Of a stretch of DNA of 41,072 nt, positions 8,222 to 15,499 are shown piece after piece. The position numbers and the translations under genes are program-made. Source of the DNA: a virus. The stretch is taken from IMG/VR virus record IMGVR_UViG_3300050505_000076, positions 1 through 41,072 of that record; one strand, written 5' to 3'. The notes beneath the pieces are model-generated. The model saw only the letters and a list, made by a program, of their open reading frames with translations, searched no databases and had not been told where the DNA came from. Each line of letters begins with the position of its first letter. The stretch's first letter is position 1.

Positions 8222-8847
8222 TGGATGGTTTCCTTCTTCGCGTAGCGCCCGGTCTCGCGGCAATTGCCAATCCATGTGCGCCAGGTCGCCGGCCAGTCCG
8301 ACCTCGGCGTCTTGAACTCCCAGTCTTTGAACTTCCGTGCCTCACGTTCGGCGTCGAGGTCTGGAATCTCGCGAAGGGCGTAAGCGAGGTCCGGATAAAA
8401 ACCCTCCGGCGCACGACGGGCGCGCTGTGGGCGCGCCCTCTTACTCTGTTCTGTATCTGTTCTGTTCTGTATCTGTTCTGGTCCGTCACTGCGACGTTGC
8501 TGCGATGTTTCCGTGACGTCACCGTGACGTTTCGTTTTCTTTCTCCACCTCCTTGATCTCAAAGCTCCTGAATGATCCGACTCGAATTGCCTCTTCCCCC
8601 ATGCAAGCGGTTGCCAATCCTCGCCGATCAAGCCTATTTCGCGCAGTCTGCGTTTCACTTCTGCAAGGTCTGCGGGCATTAATCCGAGTTTTACGGCTAT
8701 ACGTCGTTCAAGGGTTGGCGGGTCCGAGTCGAGCACCCCTCCGGACTTCAGACACAGCAACGCAACGAAGTGCCATCGGTCTTCGAAAGCAAGTAAACGC
8801 AGCTTGTCGTCATCGACGGCTTCCGCGTACATGCGGAACCATTGCAT
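8212..8847 (-). CDS. Replication initiator/organizer-like protein (DUF1376/YdaU-like N-terminus)
   Basis: MQWFRMYAEAVDDDKLRLLAFEDRWHFVALLCL resembles DUF1376 replisome-organizer proteins. The middle is basic and carries DNA repeats. It lies immediately upstream of the helicase. Confidence 0.6.
   Translation of the reverse strand: MQWFRMYAEAVDDDKLRLLAFEDRWHFVALLCLKSGGVLDSDPPTLERRIAVKLGLMPADLAEVKRRLREIGLIGEDWQPLAWGKRQFESDHSGALRSRRWRKKTKRHGDVTETSQQRRSDGPEQIQNRTDTEQSKRARPQRARRAPEGFYPDLAYALREIPDLDAEREARKFKDWEFKTPRSDWPATWRTWIGNCRETGRYAKKETIQWR
8445..8481. repeat. Perfect tandem 16-nt repeat TCTGTTCTGTATCTGT x2 plus a partial copy (TCTGT pentamers), candidate origin iterons
   Basis: 8445-8460 is identical to 8461-8476. 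The period is not a multiple of 3, so the repeat is at the DNA level rather than the protein level. Confidence 0.6.
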
Positions 8848-9074
8848 CAGCGCAGCCCTTTCTCGATCTCCATCTCACGCACGCGCTCGGGCGAGCGCAG
8901 GGCGATGAGCTCGCGCATTCGAGACGCGGCGTCACGTTGACGAACAGGATCAGTCTCATGCACGAGCACCGTTCGCCAACATTCAATGAGATTCTCGAGG
9001 TCGTGCGGGCTGACCGAAGCTTGGCCGGTCTTCGTTTGGTTGTGCGAAAGCTCCGCAAATTCAGCGGCATTCAT
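8847..9074 (-). CDS. Hypothetical protein
   Basis: 75-aa ORF whose stop overlaps the start of the replication gene by 1 nt. Confidence 0.55.
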   Translation of the reverse strand: MNAAEFAELSHNQTKTGQASVSPHDLENLIECWRTVLVHETDPVRQRDAASRMRELIALRSPERVREMEIEKGLR

Positions 9075-9608
9075 ATCGACCTCGCCCCGTTCAACTCTCG
9101 CCGGTGCGACCCGGCGCCAACTTCAAATCAGTACGTTCTCGTACACGTATTCGCTCGCAGTCCTATCGACTAAAGTCGAATTGCGCGCGAAGTGAGATAT
9201 TCGAGAGAGATCACGCAGTGAATGCCTTTCCACCGCTGCGAAACTTGCCTCGTCTTCGGTACATCCCTGTTCAAAAATAGAGACTTGCAGGGATTCCACT
9301 GATATCGAGACAGGATTAACCTGTGTGCATTGGGAGCGCCCGACGCGGGGGCGACGAGGACTCCCCTACCCGGCCAGAGGAAGGGCCTGCAGAACATCCG
9401 CAAGAGCGGAGAGGGGCCGACATGGATCGCCGACATAACGCCGCGCTCTGATTTACCAATGCGCGATATACAGTGCTGTTTCTGAAACAGTCGCAGGCTT
9501 CTGGTAAGTCTCAGAATATTTCGGAATGAAGTTCTGTCACGAACGGCCGGAATATGGTGAGCCGAAGGGCGTGCGAAACCGGGTTGGGGTGAAATACACA
9601 TGAAGAAA

Positions 9609-9857
9609 TCAGGCGGCCTTGCCGGAACGAAAGACGTCAGGGCGGAGATGTGCGCGAGTGACGCCGTTGTCTGTGACGTGCTCGAAGGCAGGCCAGTAGA
9701 TTGCATCGAGCAAGGTCTCGTCCTTCAGCCACTTGGAGATGGTCTGCTGGCCCAAGGTGGGTCGCTTCAAATAGCGACTCAGCCCATCTGCCAAAGCGGA
9801 CTGGCTGCCTGCGATCGAGATAGCGCGCCTAAGCGCGGCAACGTGCGGTTTCTCCAT
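9609..9857 (-). CDS. Cro/YdaS-like HTH regulator
   Basis: AALRRAISIAGSQSALADGLS...QQTISKWL...VTRAHLRPDVF matches the YdaS/Cro-type family. It is divergent from the repressor gene. Confidence 0.75.
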   Translation of the reverse strand: MEKPHVAALRRAISIAGSQSALADGLSRYLKRPTLGQQTISKWLKDETLLDAIYWPAFEHVTDNGVTRAHLRPDVFRSGKAA

Positions 9858-9867
9858 GACTACCGAG

Positions 9868-9895
9868 ACTCTACAACCCTAGTTGTAAAAGTCAA
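9868..9895 (-). promoter_or_regulatory. Leftward early promoter (PL/PR-type): -35 TTGACT, 16-nt spacer, -10 TAGAGT
   Basis: The reverse complement reads TTGACTtttacaactagggttgTAGAGT. The -10 lies only about 10 nt from the cro-like ATG, so the leader is very short or absent. Confidence 0.5.
9872..9887. promoter_or_regulatory. Operator O1, TACAACCCTAGTTGTA (6-bp inverted arms, 4-bp centre)
   Basis: An inverted repeat inside the spacer of the leftward promoter. The same motif recurs at 10349 and 10372. Confidence 0.6.
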
Positions 9896-9908
9896 CAACT
9901 CTAGGCGT

Positions 9909-10307
9909 ATGACCAATAACAACGAGCCTTGTAGCGTCATTCCCATGCCGCAGGCTCATCGGAAAATTGCGACGCGCGTCACGCAGTCACGCAGTCGCGA
10001 GCTCTCATACGATCAGGACACCTACGCCGGCCGGCTCAATACGGCGATGCGAGCCAAGGCTCAGTCGAACGGCGGCACATACCTGCAAGGCGATCTTCTT
10101 GCGGATATACAGCGCGCCGTGGGTCGAACACTGGATGATCCATTGCTTGTCAGCCAACAAACGCTGAGCAAGTTGCAACGAGGCAAGCAGAGCGAATGCG
10201 CTGATACTCCTGCGATTGCTGCCGCCCTTGGCGTGTCCGCAATGTGGCTTGCCTACAATATCGGCCCAGCCTCACTCATCGAAGAAATGCGGTCCCGCGC
10301 GAAATAG
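9909..10307 (+). CDS. XRE/CI-like repressor (HTH only, no S24 peptidase domain)
   Basis: 132 aa. QQTLSKLQRGKQSECADTPAIAAALGVSAMWLAYNIG is an XRE-type HTH. The gene is flanked on both sides by operator motifs. The upstream part of track ORF 9600-10307 is antisense to the cro-like gene. Confidence 0.7.
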   Translation: MTNNNEPCSVIPMPQAHRKIATRVTQSRSRELSYDQDTYAGRLNTAMRAKAQSNGGTYLQGDLLADIQRAVGRTLDDPLLVSQQTLSKLQRGKQSECADTPAIAAALGVSAMWLAYNIGPASLIEEMRSRAK

Positions 10308-10348
10308 TGCGCTTTGGGGATCGCGTCATGAAATTTCGCGTTCTTCGT

Positions 10349-10364
10349 TACAACTTTAGTTGTT
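10349..10364. promoter_or_regulatory. Operator O2, TACAACTTTAGTTGTT
   Basis: A variant of the operator motif that overlaps the -35 of the rightward promoter. Confidence 0.55.
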
Positions 10365-10391
10365 GACATCGAACAACCCTAGTTGTAAAGT
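10363..10391 (+). promoter_or_regulatory. Rightward early promoter: -35 TTGACA, 17-nt spacer, -10 TAAAGT
   Basis: TTGACAtcgaacaaccctagttgTAAAGT lies about 35 nt upstream of the GGGAGG Shine-Dalgarno and ATG 10428. Confidence 0.6.
10372..10387. promoter_or_regulatory. Operator O3, AACAACCCTAGTTGTA
   Basis: It occupies the spacer and -10 of the rightward promoter, mirroring O1 in the leftward promoter. Confidence 0.6.
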
Positions 10392-10427
10392 GCCTCCCAC
10401 GCTCCAGCACCGGAGCCGGGAGGTCAG

Positions 10428-10712
10428 ATGGAAACGCACGACGAGCTGACGGACACCGCGGTTCTGCGGATTCAACGAGCTGACAGGCAGGCCTGCGAGC
10501 AGTTCGTCAGCCACTTCCTACGCACCACTGCGGCCGTTTCGGTTTTGGCGGTCACGGGATGCGCAACGATGGAACGACATCCGATTGCGACGGCAGTCGT
10601 CGCGGGTGTCGTCGTGGGCTCAATCGCGGCGTGCTCAAGCCATAGCCTCCTGGCTCCCTCTCATGACGTTACGACGCAGCCTGTCGTCTGCGCAGCTGGG
10701 AGCTGCAAGTGA
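10428..10712 (+). CDS. Putative membrane protein/lipoprotein, first gene of the rightward operon
   Basis: Contains the lipobox-like VLAVTGC and a hydrophobic segment VVAGVVVGSIAAC. A strong GGGAGG Shine-Dalgarno lies upstream. Confidence 0.55.
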   Translation: METHDELTDTAVLRIQRADRQACEQFVSHFLRTTAAVSVLAVTGCATMERHPIATAVVAGVVVGSIAACSSHSLLAPSHDVTTQPVVCAAGSCK

Positions 10713-10945
10713 CTTCCTCACAGAGCGCCAGCGCCTACACCATCGCCGCGATGCTGGGACGGCTGAACGAAGGCGAGCGCGACGGCGGAAAGAGATTCCA
10801 CGCAGTTCCGGTGGGTAAGAGCACGCACACCAAAGCGATCTGCGGCGCAAAGCCCGGTCGGCGCTCTGTCGGCTGGGGCGACAACATCGGCACCGCGGTG
10901 ACGTGTCCCCGCTGCCTGAAGCGACTGCTCAAGGTGGCGCCGTGA
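10709..10945 (+). CDS. Hypothetical Cys-containing protein (GTG start)
   Basis: GTGA overlap with the upstream gene. Carries a C-terminal CPRC. Confidence 0.5.
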   Translation: MTSSQSASAYTIAAMLGRLNEGERDGGKRFHAVPVGKSTHTKAICGAKPGRRSVGWGDNIGTAVTCPRCLKRLLKVAP

Positions 10946-11139
10946 ATACGCGCTCACAAGAAGCCAGCGCTGCACCCCATTACGAAGAGTTGGTCATGGT
11001 GCTGGAGGATCTGTACGTGGCCGCGGTCTTCGGCGGGGTTCGCAAGACGAACCCGCAAGCAATGAATGGCGCGCGCAATGCGCTGGACGCCGTGTTTCGT
11101 GCCCTGCCTCACCTTGCGCCAGTAGAGCATCGACCATGA
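10942..11139 (+). CDS. Hypothetical protein (GTG start)
   Basis: GTGA overlap at 10942-10945, in frame with track ORF 10903-11139. Confidence 0.45.
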   Translation: MNTRSQEASAAPHYEELVMVLEDLYVAAVFGGVRKTNPQAMNGARNALDAVFRALPHLAPVEHRP

Positions 11140-11357
11140 CTCGTTCCTTGCAACAGAACAGCTCTCACACCGAAAGCGCATCTGGCGAGTTGCGCGACAT
11201 CATCGCCGCAGCAATCCGCGAGCACCACAAGTCAGAGCCATGTTGCGTGTGGTGCGACCTGCCCAAGAACGAATGGTCCGGCGTGCCCTGCTCGGCGCCC
11301 GATGGTGACGGACATCTCGTCAACATTCATCGGACGGATGAGGAGCAAGGCAAGTGA
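11136..11357 (+). CDS. Hypothetical protein
   Basis: ATGA overlap with the upstream gene. 73 aa with a CCVWC motif. Confidence 0.5.
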   Translation: MTRSLQQNSSHTESASGELRDIIAAAIREHHKSEPCCVWCDLPKNEWSGVPCSAPDGDGHLVNIHRTDEEQGK

Positions 11358-11524
11358 ACGCGCGCCCCAAGTTCTATCTCGACATCGAGGACGCCGCGCG
11401 CATCGCATACCCGAAAGGCTGGCGTCTGCCGCCTACGGATGAAATCGAACGTCAGCGCGCTCTCGAAGCGCGCGAAGACCAACGCCGCGATGACGACCAT
11501 CGCGAGGGAGACGACAGTGAATAA
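11354..11524 (+). CDS. Small acidic hypothetical protein (56 aa, GTG start)
   Basis: Hand translation gives VNARPKFYLDIEDAARIAYPKGWRLPPTDEIERQRALEAREDQRRDDDHREGDDSE. GTGA overlap with the upstream gene. Confidence 0.4.
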   Translation: MNARPKFYLDIEDAARIAYPKGWRLPPTDEIERQRALEAREDQRRDDDHREGDDSE

Positions 11525-11696
11525 CGTCACGACTTTCCCGCTGAGCGCCGTCATGGAATGGCGCGACGAGAACCGCCGCAAGGCTGAGATCAACCGCATC
11601 GACGCAGATATCCGCGCGAAAGAGGCGCAGATCGCCAAGCTCGGCCACGACATTTGGTTGCTGCGGCTGGAGAAGGAAGGCCTGAGCAATGGCTAA
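11517..11696 (+). CDS. Small coiled-coil hypothetical protein (GTG start)
   Basis: In frame with track ORF 11439-11696. The GTG overlaps the end of the previous gene. Confidence 0.4.
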   Translation: MNNVTTFPLSAVMEWRDENRRKAEINRIDADIRAKEAQIAKLGHDIWLLRLEKEGLSNG

Positions 11697-11907
11697 TCCG
11701 GTCGAACTCGCTGCAGAGACCTACTGCGCGAAGCTGCTGGAATCAGCAACGGCGCAGATGCTGCCTTCCGATTTGGCGCTCGCGTTCGCCACGGTCGCGT
11801 TCACTCTCGGCGCTGCATGGGCGACGGATCGTCCGGAGATCCTCGAACTCGCGAATGCGCAAGTCGATTCGTTACGAGCTCGTGCCAACGGGAGCGTGCC
11901 TTCATGA
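11689..11907 (+). CDS. Hypothetical protein
   Basis: 72-aa ORF with an 8-nt overlap with the upstream gene. Confidence 0.5.
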   Translation: MANPVELAAETYCAKLLESATAQMLPSDLALAFATVAFTLGAAWATDRPEILELANAQVDSLRARANGSVPS

Positions 11908-12236
11908 CTGACGAACAGCACGTCTGGGTTCTGACAGATCAGAACATCAACGAATTGCAGGTTGAATCCATCGACCGACTCATTGCGCGCTGTAAGGCTG
12001 CGCACTTCGTCGATATCTGTATCCGTATCAACGGCAAGGACGAGCGCGTTCAGGCCGACTGGCTGAAGCATCTGAAACGTGTAGTCGAGCTAGAGGATCA
12101 GAGCCAGCTCATGCAGTTCTATAACGCCTGCACGAAGAACGAACTCATCGACAGGCTACATCACCACATCGAACGGTTGCAGGCGAAGCTTCCACCGAGC
12201 GGAAACCTGGGCCCGGAACGAGTGAGGGAAGGATGA
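11904..12236 (+). CDS. Hypothetical protein
   Basis: ATGA overlap at 11904-11907. 110 aa. Confidence 0.55.
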   Translation: MTDEQHVWVLTDQNINELQVESIDRLIARCKAAHFVDICIRINGKDERVQADWLKHLKRVVELEDQSQLMQFYNACTKNELIDRLHHHIERLQAKLPPSGNLGPERVREG

Positions 12237-12409
12237 ACACTCCGCTCCCTACCGAGCAGGAAGTCTCGATGCTGCTCATCAAGCGCACGGGGATCGACAC
12301 GCGGTTTGAGGTCGCGCCTTACGACATCAAGTCGGAAGCGCAGGCGCAACGAATCGTCGCCTATCTCCAAAAAGCGTGGGGCATCCCGTTCGAGTGGAGA
12401 GTCGCATGA
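12233..12409 (+). CDS. Small hypothetical protein (58 aa)
   Basis: Hand translation gives MNTPLPTEQEVSMLLIKRTGIDTRFEVAPYDIKSEAQAQRIVAYLQKAWGIPFEWRVA. ATGA overlaps occur at both ends. Confidence 0.45.
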   Translation: MNTPLPTEQEVSMLLIKRTGIDTRFEVAPYDIKSEAQAQRIVAYLQKAWGIPFEWRVA

Positions 12410-13041
12410 CTGATCGGACCAATGAAACTGAGGTCTGCCCCATCTGCATGAACGATCCGAAGCGTCGGCCGTTCTGCTCTCGCTGCGGTGACACTCCCGC
12501 TGACTCAGACGAGCGGATTCTCCTCAACGACGCGCTAAATCTGTTGCGTGCGTTTCGCGAAGATACGTTCGAGCGCGGCGAACTGTCTGGACGCTCTCAA
12601 CGTGCCGGCGAGGATTTGATCCGCCGAATCGATGCGTTCCTCGCTTCACCCTTGCATACCAAGTGCGAGCATTGCGGAATCCCGCTGCCGCTCATACCCG
12701 GCGTGGCCCACTTCTCCGGTTGCCCTAAGTCTCCGTTCTACGAGCCCGACGAGACGAAAGCGCCTCTGACCTATTCCGGGGCGTGCAAGCTACTGGCGGA
12801 CTACGCCATCGCTCTGCATGACCGCCAGTGCTGCGGCGATTCGTTTCAGCCCCAATACATAGCGGCACTGAAAGCTTGCACGGACGCCATGGGCGTATCA
12901 CCCGCGCTCGACGAAGTCGTGCGCCTCAGTGAAGACGCGGGCCTCTATGACGACAACAGTCCCGCAGAAGCGCCGATTCACACTTGCGAGACGCGCTCCT
13001 ATTGCGAGGCTTGCGATGCGGACGCGGCCAATGAGCAATGA
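12406..13041 (+). CDS. Cys-rich (multi-CxxC) zinc-finger-like hypothetical protein
   Basis: Contains CPIC...CSRC, CEHC and CEAC pairs. 211 aa. Confidence 0.55.
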   Translation: MTDRTNETEVCPICMNDPKRRPFCSRCGDTPADSDERILLNDALNLLRAFREDTFERGELSGRSQRAGEDLIRRIDAFLASPLHTKCEHCGIPLPLIPGVAHFSGCPKSPFYEPDETKAPLTYSGACKLLADYAIALHDRQCCGDSFQPQYIAALKACTDAMGVSPALDEVVRLSEDAGLYDDNSPAEAPIHTCETRSYCEACDADAANEQ

Positions 13042-13053
13042 GGATGTTTCGAA

Positions 13054-13323
13054 ATGAGCAGCATCGGCCATGAACATCGCGAACTGGTGAACGGCGTGGG
13101 CAAGTGCTCCAAACCGATGTGGGACGGCTACGGAATGCCCAATGGCTTCTGCGACCAGCCAGCGTACGGGCCGTACGTCGAAGGCGAGTGGTATCGAAAT
13201 GCATACTCAGGAGAGCGCGTGCGTTTCGACGGAAAGTTCTGCGGCTACGTGCCGGCGCTCGCTTGCCCTCGTCACGGCGGACCCGATGCTCCGGTGACCG
13301 CACTGAAGGACGTCGCGCCGTGA
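13054..13323 (+). CDS. Hypothetical protein
   Basis: 89-aa ORF with a GAGGAT Shine-Dalgarno upstream. Confidence 0.55.
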   Translation: MSSIGHEHRELVNGVGKCSKPMWDGYGMPNGFCDQPAYGPYVEGEWYRNAYSGERVRFDGKFCGYVPALACPRHGGPDAPVTALKDVAP

Positions 13324-13490
13324 ACCTGCCCGCTCTCGGCGCCTGCGCCCTACTCCTACTCGTCTGCATCGTCGCGCTGATCGTGCAGCACGAGGAGCGT
13401 CAACAGCGCAAAGGCTTGCCCAAGCCGCACGACGACACGCGTGATTGGACTGGGGCGTTCATGCGGGATGTAAAGCGCCATGGACGATGA
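13320..13490 (+). CDS. Small single-pass membrane protein (GTG start)
   Basis: VNLPALGACALLLLVCIVALIVQHEE... GTGA overlap with the upstream gene. Confidence 0.45.
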   Translation: MNLPALGACALLLLVCIVALIVQHEERQQRKGLPKPHDDTRDWTGAFMRDVKRHGR

Positions 13491-13692
13491 CGATCAGATG
13501 GCAGCCGAGCAGCATCAGCAAGAGCTGGAAGCCAGGCGCGCCGATGAAGAAGCTCTGATCCAGCGTTGTCGGGTCAGGCAAGACGAATTACGCGAATCAA
13601 TACGACTCTTCGACGAATACACGAAAGCGTTTTGGGACAACTTACGAACCTACGAACAGGAGCGATACAAAAATGGCAATCATGGCATCTGA
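13480..13692 (+). CDS. Hypothetical acidic coiled-coil protein
   Basis: 70-aa ORF, MDDDDQMAAEQHQQELEARR... Confidence 0.5.
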   Translation: MDDDDQMAAEQHQQELEARRADEEALIQRCRVRQDELRESIRLFDEYTKAFWDNLRTYEQERYKNGNHGI

Positions 13693-14293
13693 TAAGGGTG
13701 GCAAAGACTTCAAGAAAGTCCCGCCCGGTGCGCACTTTGCAATCTGCAACATGGTGGTGGATTGCGGTCTACAGGAAGGCTTCGGCGGAAAGCCGCAGCA
13801 CAAGGTGTATCTGCGCTGGGAAGTTCCCGACGAGCGCGTGAGCTACGAGAAGGACGGCCGCGAAGTCGAAGGGCCGTGCTCAGTGGGCAGCATGTATACG
13901 CTCTCGCTGTCCGAGAAGGCCAACCTTCGCAAGGTGCTGGAGAATTGGCGGGGCCGCTCGTTCACGCCTCAGGAGCTTCAGGGCTTCGATATCACGCAGG
14001 TTCTCGGCAAGTGCTGCCAGATCATGGTGACGCATAGCGAGGACGGGAAGTACGCCAACGTCACCGGCGTCATGGGCATCAGCAAGGATCAGAAGGCACG
14101 CGCTCAGAATGCGCAGCCGGAGAATAAGCCGCTCGCCTACAGCATCGAGGACCACAACGGGGCGACCTTCAATGCGTTGCCCAACTGGCTGCAGGAGAAG
14201 ATAGAGAACCGTTTGAAGGAGCCGACCGAGCCTCCGCCGTCATCTGGCAATACGAGCCGCAACGATGACTTCGACGACGACATTCCCTTCTGA
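13673..14293 (+). CDS. Phage single-stranded DNA-binding protein (DUF669-like core with bacterial SSB-type acidic tip)
   Basis: The N-terminal KVPPGAHFAICNMVVDCG... resembles DUF669 phage SSBs. The C-terminus DDFDDDIPF is the canonical SSB protein-interaction tail. Confidence 0.7.
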   Translation: MAIMASDKGGKDFKKVPPGAHFAICNMVVDCGLQEGFGGKPQHKVYLRWEVPDERVSYEKDGREVEGPCSVGSMYTLSLSEKANLRKVLENWRGRSFTPQELQGFDITQVLGKCCQIMVTHSEDGKYANVTGVMGISKDQKARAQNAQPENKPLAYSIEDHNGATFNALPNWLQEKIENRLKEPTEPPPSSGNTSRNDDFDDDIPF

Positions 14294-14471
14294 GCCGCGC
14301 CCCTGGCGACGGTTTTCAGAAGCTGAAGTGCGCGAGATCCGGGAGATTGGCCGCTTGAAGCGAGAGAAGAAAATCCGGCTGCAGTGGAAAGAACTGGCTC
14401 GGCAGAAAGGCTGCGCGGCTCAAACACTGAAGCTCATCAGTCAGGGCCTACTCTATCGGTGGGTTCGATGA
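14265..14471 (+). CDS. Hypothetical protein (possible HTH); start uncertain
   Basis: 68-aa ORF that overlaps the SSB end by 29 nt. An alternative GTG start lies at 14328. Confidence 0.4.
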   Translation: MTSTTTFPSEPRPWRRFSEAEVREIREIGRLKREKKIRLQWKELARQKGCAAQTLKLISQGLLYRWVR

Positions 14472-14899
14472 GCGGCGAGTTCTTCGTAGAGCGCACCGTC
14501 CAGGGTCTGAAGGCGATCGACGACCACGGTCGAAGCATCTTGCAGAAAGTGAAGGTGGGCGAGGTCATCCAATGCGAGTTGAACAAACCTCGCAACCTCG
14601 CCCACCACAGGAAATTCTGGGCGCTGCTGAATACGGTCTGGCAAGCCGCGGGCGAGTGGTCGAGTCCTTACGGATTGCTCATCGAATTGAAAGTGCGCCT
14701 CGGACTCGTGCAGGAAGTGCTCTTGCGGGATACCGGCGAGCTCGTGCGCGTACCGAAGTCGATCAGTTTTGCGCAGATGGATCAGACCGAGTTCGACCAG
14801 TTCTATGAGCGAGCAATGATGGAACTATGCGCGATGGCCGGCGGCATCGAGCCCGCCGAGTTACGACAGGCCGTGCTTGAGGAGCTGGCGCGCGCATGA
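14468..14899 (+). CDS. DUF1367-like phage protein
   Basis: RNLAHHRKFWALLNTVW...TEFDQFYERAM resembles the DUF1367 family. ATGA overlap with the upstream gene. Confidence 0.55.
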   Translation: MSGEFFVERTVQGLKAIDDHGRSILQKVKVGEVIQCELNKPRNLAHHRKFWALLNTVWQAAGEWSSPYGLLIELKVRLGLVQEVLLRDTGELVRVPKSISFAQMDQTEFDQFYERAMMELCAMAGGIEPAELRQAVLEELARA

Positions 14900-15183
14900 A
14901 CCTGAGAGCCGCAGCACAAGGCCAGCGATGCGTTCGGTGCGGTCGTAACGATGAGACGGTGGTTCTATGCCATTACACCGGCGCGCGGCGCCTGGCCTTT
15001 GGCGGTGGCCTTGGGATCAAGGTCAAGGATCTCGCTGGCGCGCATATGTGCTCGCGCTGCCATTCGGAGATGGACACGCTCTCGCGGGACAAGGAACGGA
15101 AGTGGGAACACAGCGAAGAATTTCTGTACCTCTGCATGCTCACCGTTTTACGGCTGGCCGAGCAGGGAGAGATTAAATGCTGA
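14896..15183 (+). CDS. DUF1364/YbcO-like zinc-binding phage protein
   Basis: CVRCGRNDETVVLCHYTG...LAGAHMCSRCHSEMD matches the DUF1364 layout. Confidence 0.5.
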   Translation: MNLRAAAQGQRCVRCGRNDETVVLCHYTGARRLAFGGGLGIKVKDLAGAHMCSRCHSEMDTLSRDKERKWEHSEEFLYLCMLTVLRLAEQGEIKC

Positions 15184-15202
15184 CCGAAGCGGAGCGTGTC
15201 GG

Positions 15203-15325
15203 ATGACCGCAGCATCTCTCTACGCGGCAATAGTGTGGTGGATCGGGTGCCATCTGCCGCAGTCGTGGCGGGTGGAATTCATACTCGGCGCTCGCGCGTT
15301 GCGTCTATGGATTAGGAGAATTTGA
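15203..15325 (+). CDS. Small hydrophobic protein (40 aa)
   Basis: Hand translation gives MTAASLYAAIVWWIGCHLPQSWRVEFILGARALRLWIRRI. Confidence 0.3.
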   Translation: MTAASLYAAIVWWIGCHLPQSWRVEFILGARALRLWIRRI

Positions 15326-15499
15326 ATGACATCGCCTCAGTTCACCAAGGACGAGCTGCGGATCATCGCCGATGCGCTGGCTACGCATCACAGCCACCTT
15401 TCGAAGCTCTTTCCGATGCCGGTTGGAGATCCTCGCGAGCGGCTGAAGGAGATCGCCAGGCTCAAAAGCAAGGCCATTGCGCTACTGGAAGCAACATGA
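15326..15499 (+). CDS. Small hypothetical protein (57 aa)
   Basis: An AGGAGAA Shine-Dalgarno lies 6 nt upstream. Sequence is MTSPQFTKDELRIIADALATHHSHLSKLF... ATGA overlap with the next gene. Confidence 0.5.
   Translation: MTSPQFTKDELRIIADALATHHSHLSKLFPMPVGDPRERLKEIARLKSKAIALLEAT

Noticed and set aside
8445-8481. Possible CRISPR or minisatellite
   Set aside because: Only two full 16-nt units are present, with no spacers, and they lie inside a coding gene. An iteron interpretation is preferred.
9170-9706. 178-aa minus-strand ORF filling the cro-to-replication gap
   Set aside because: The product is Arg/Ser/Pro-rich and domain-less. Third positions are A/T-rich in the stretch I sampled, unlike real genes here. 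Its 5' part overlaps the cro-like gene in another frame.
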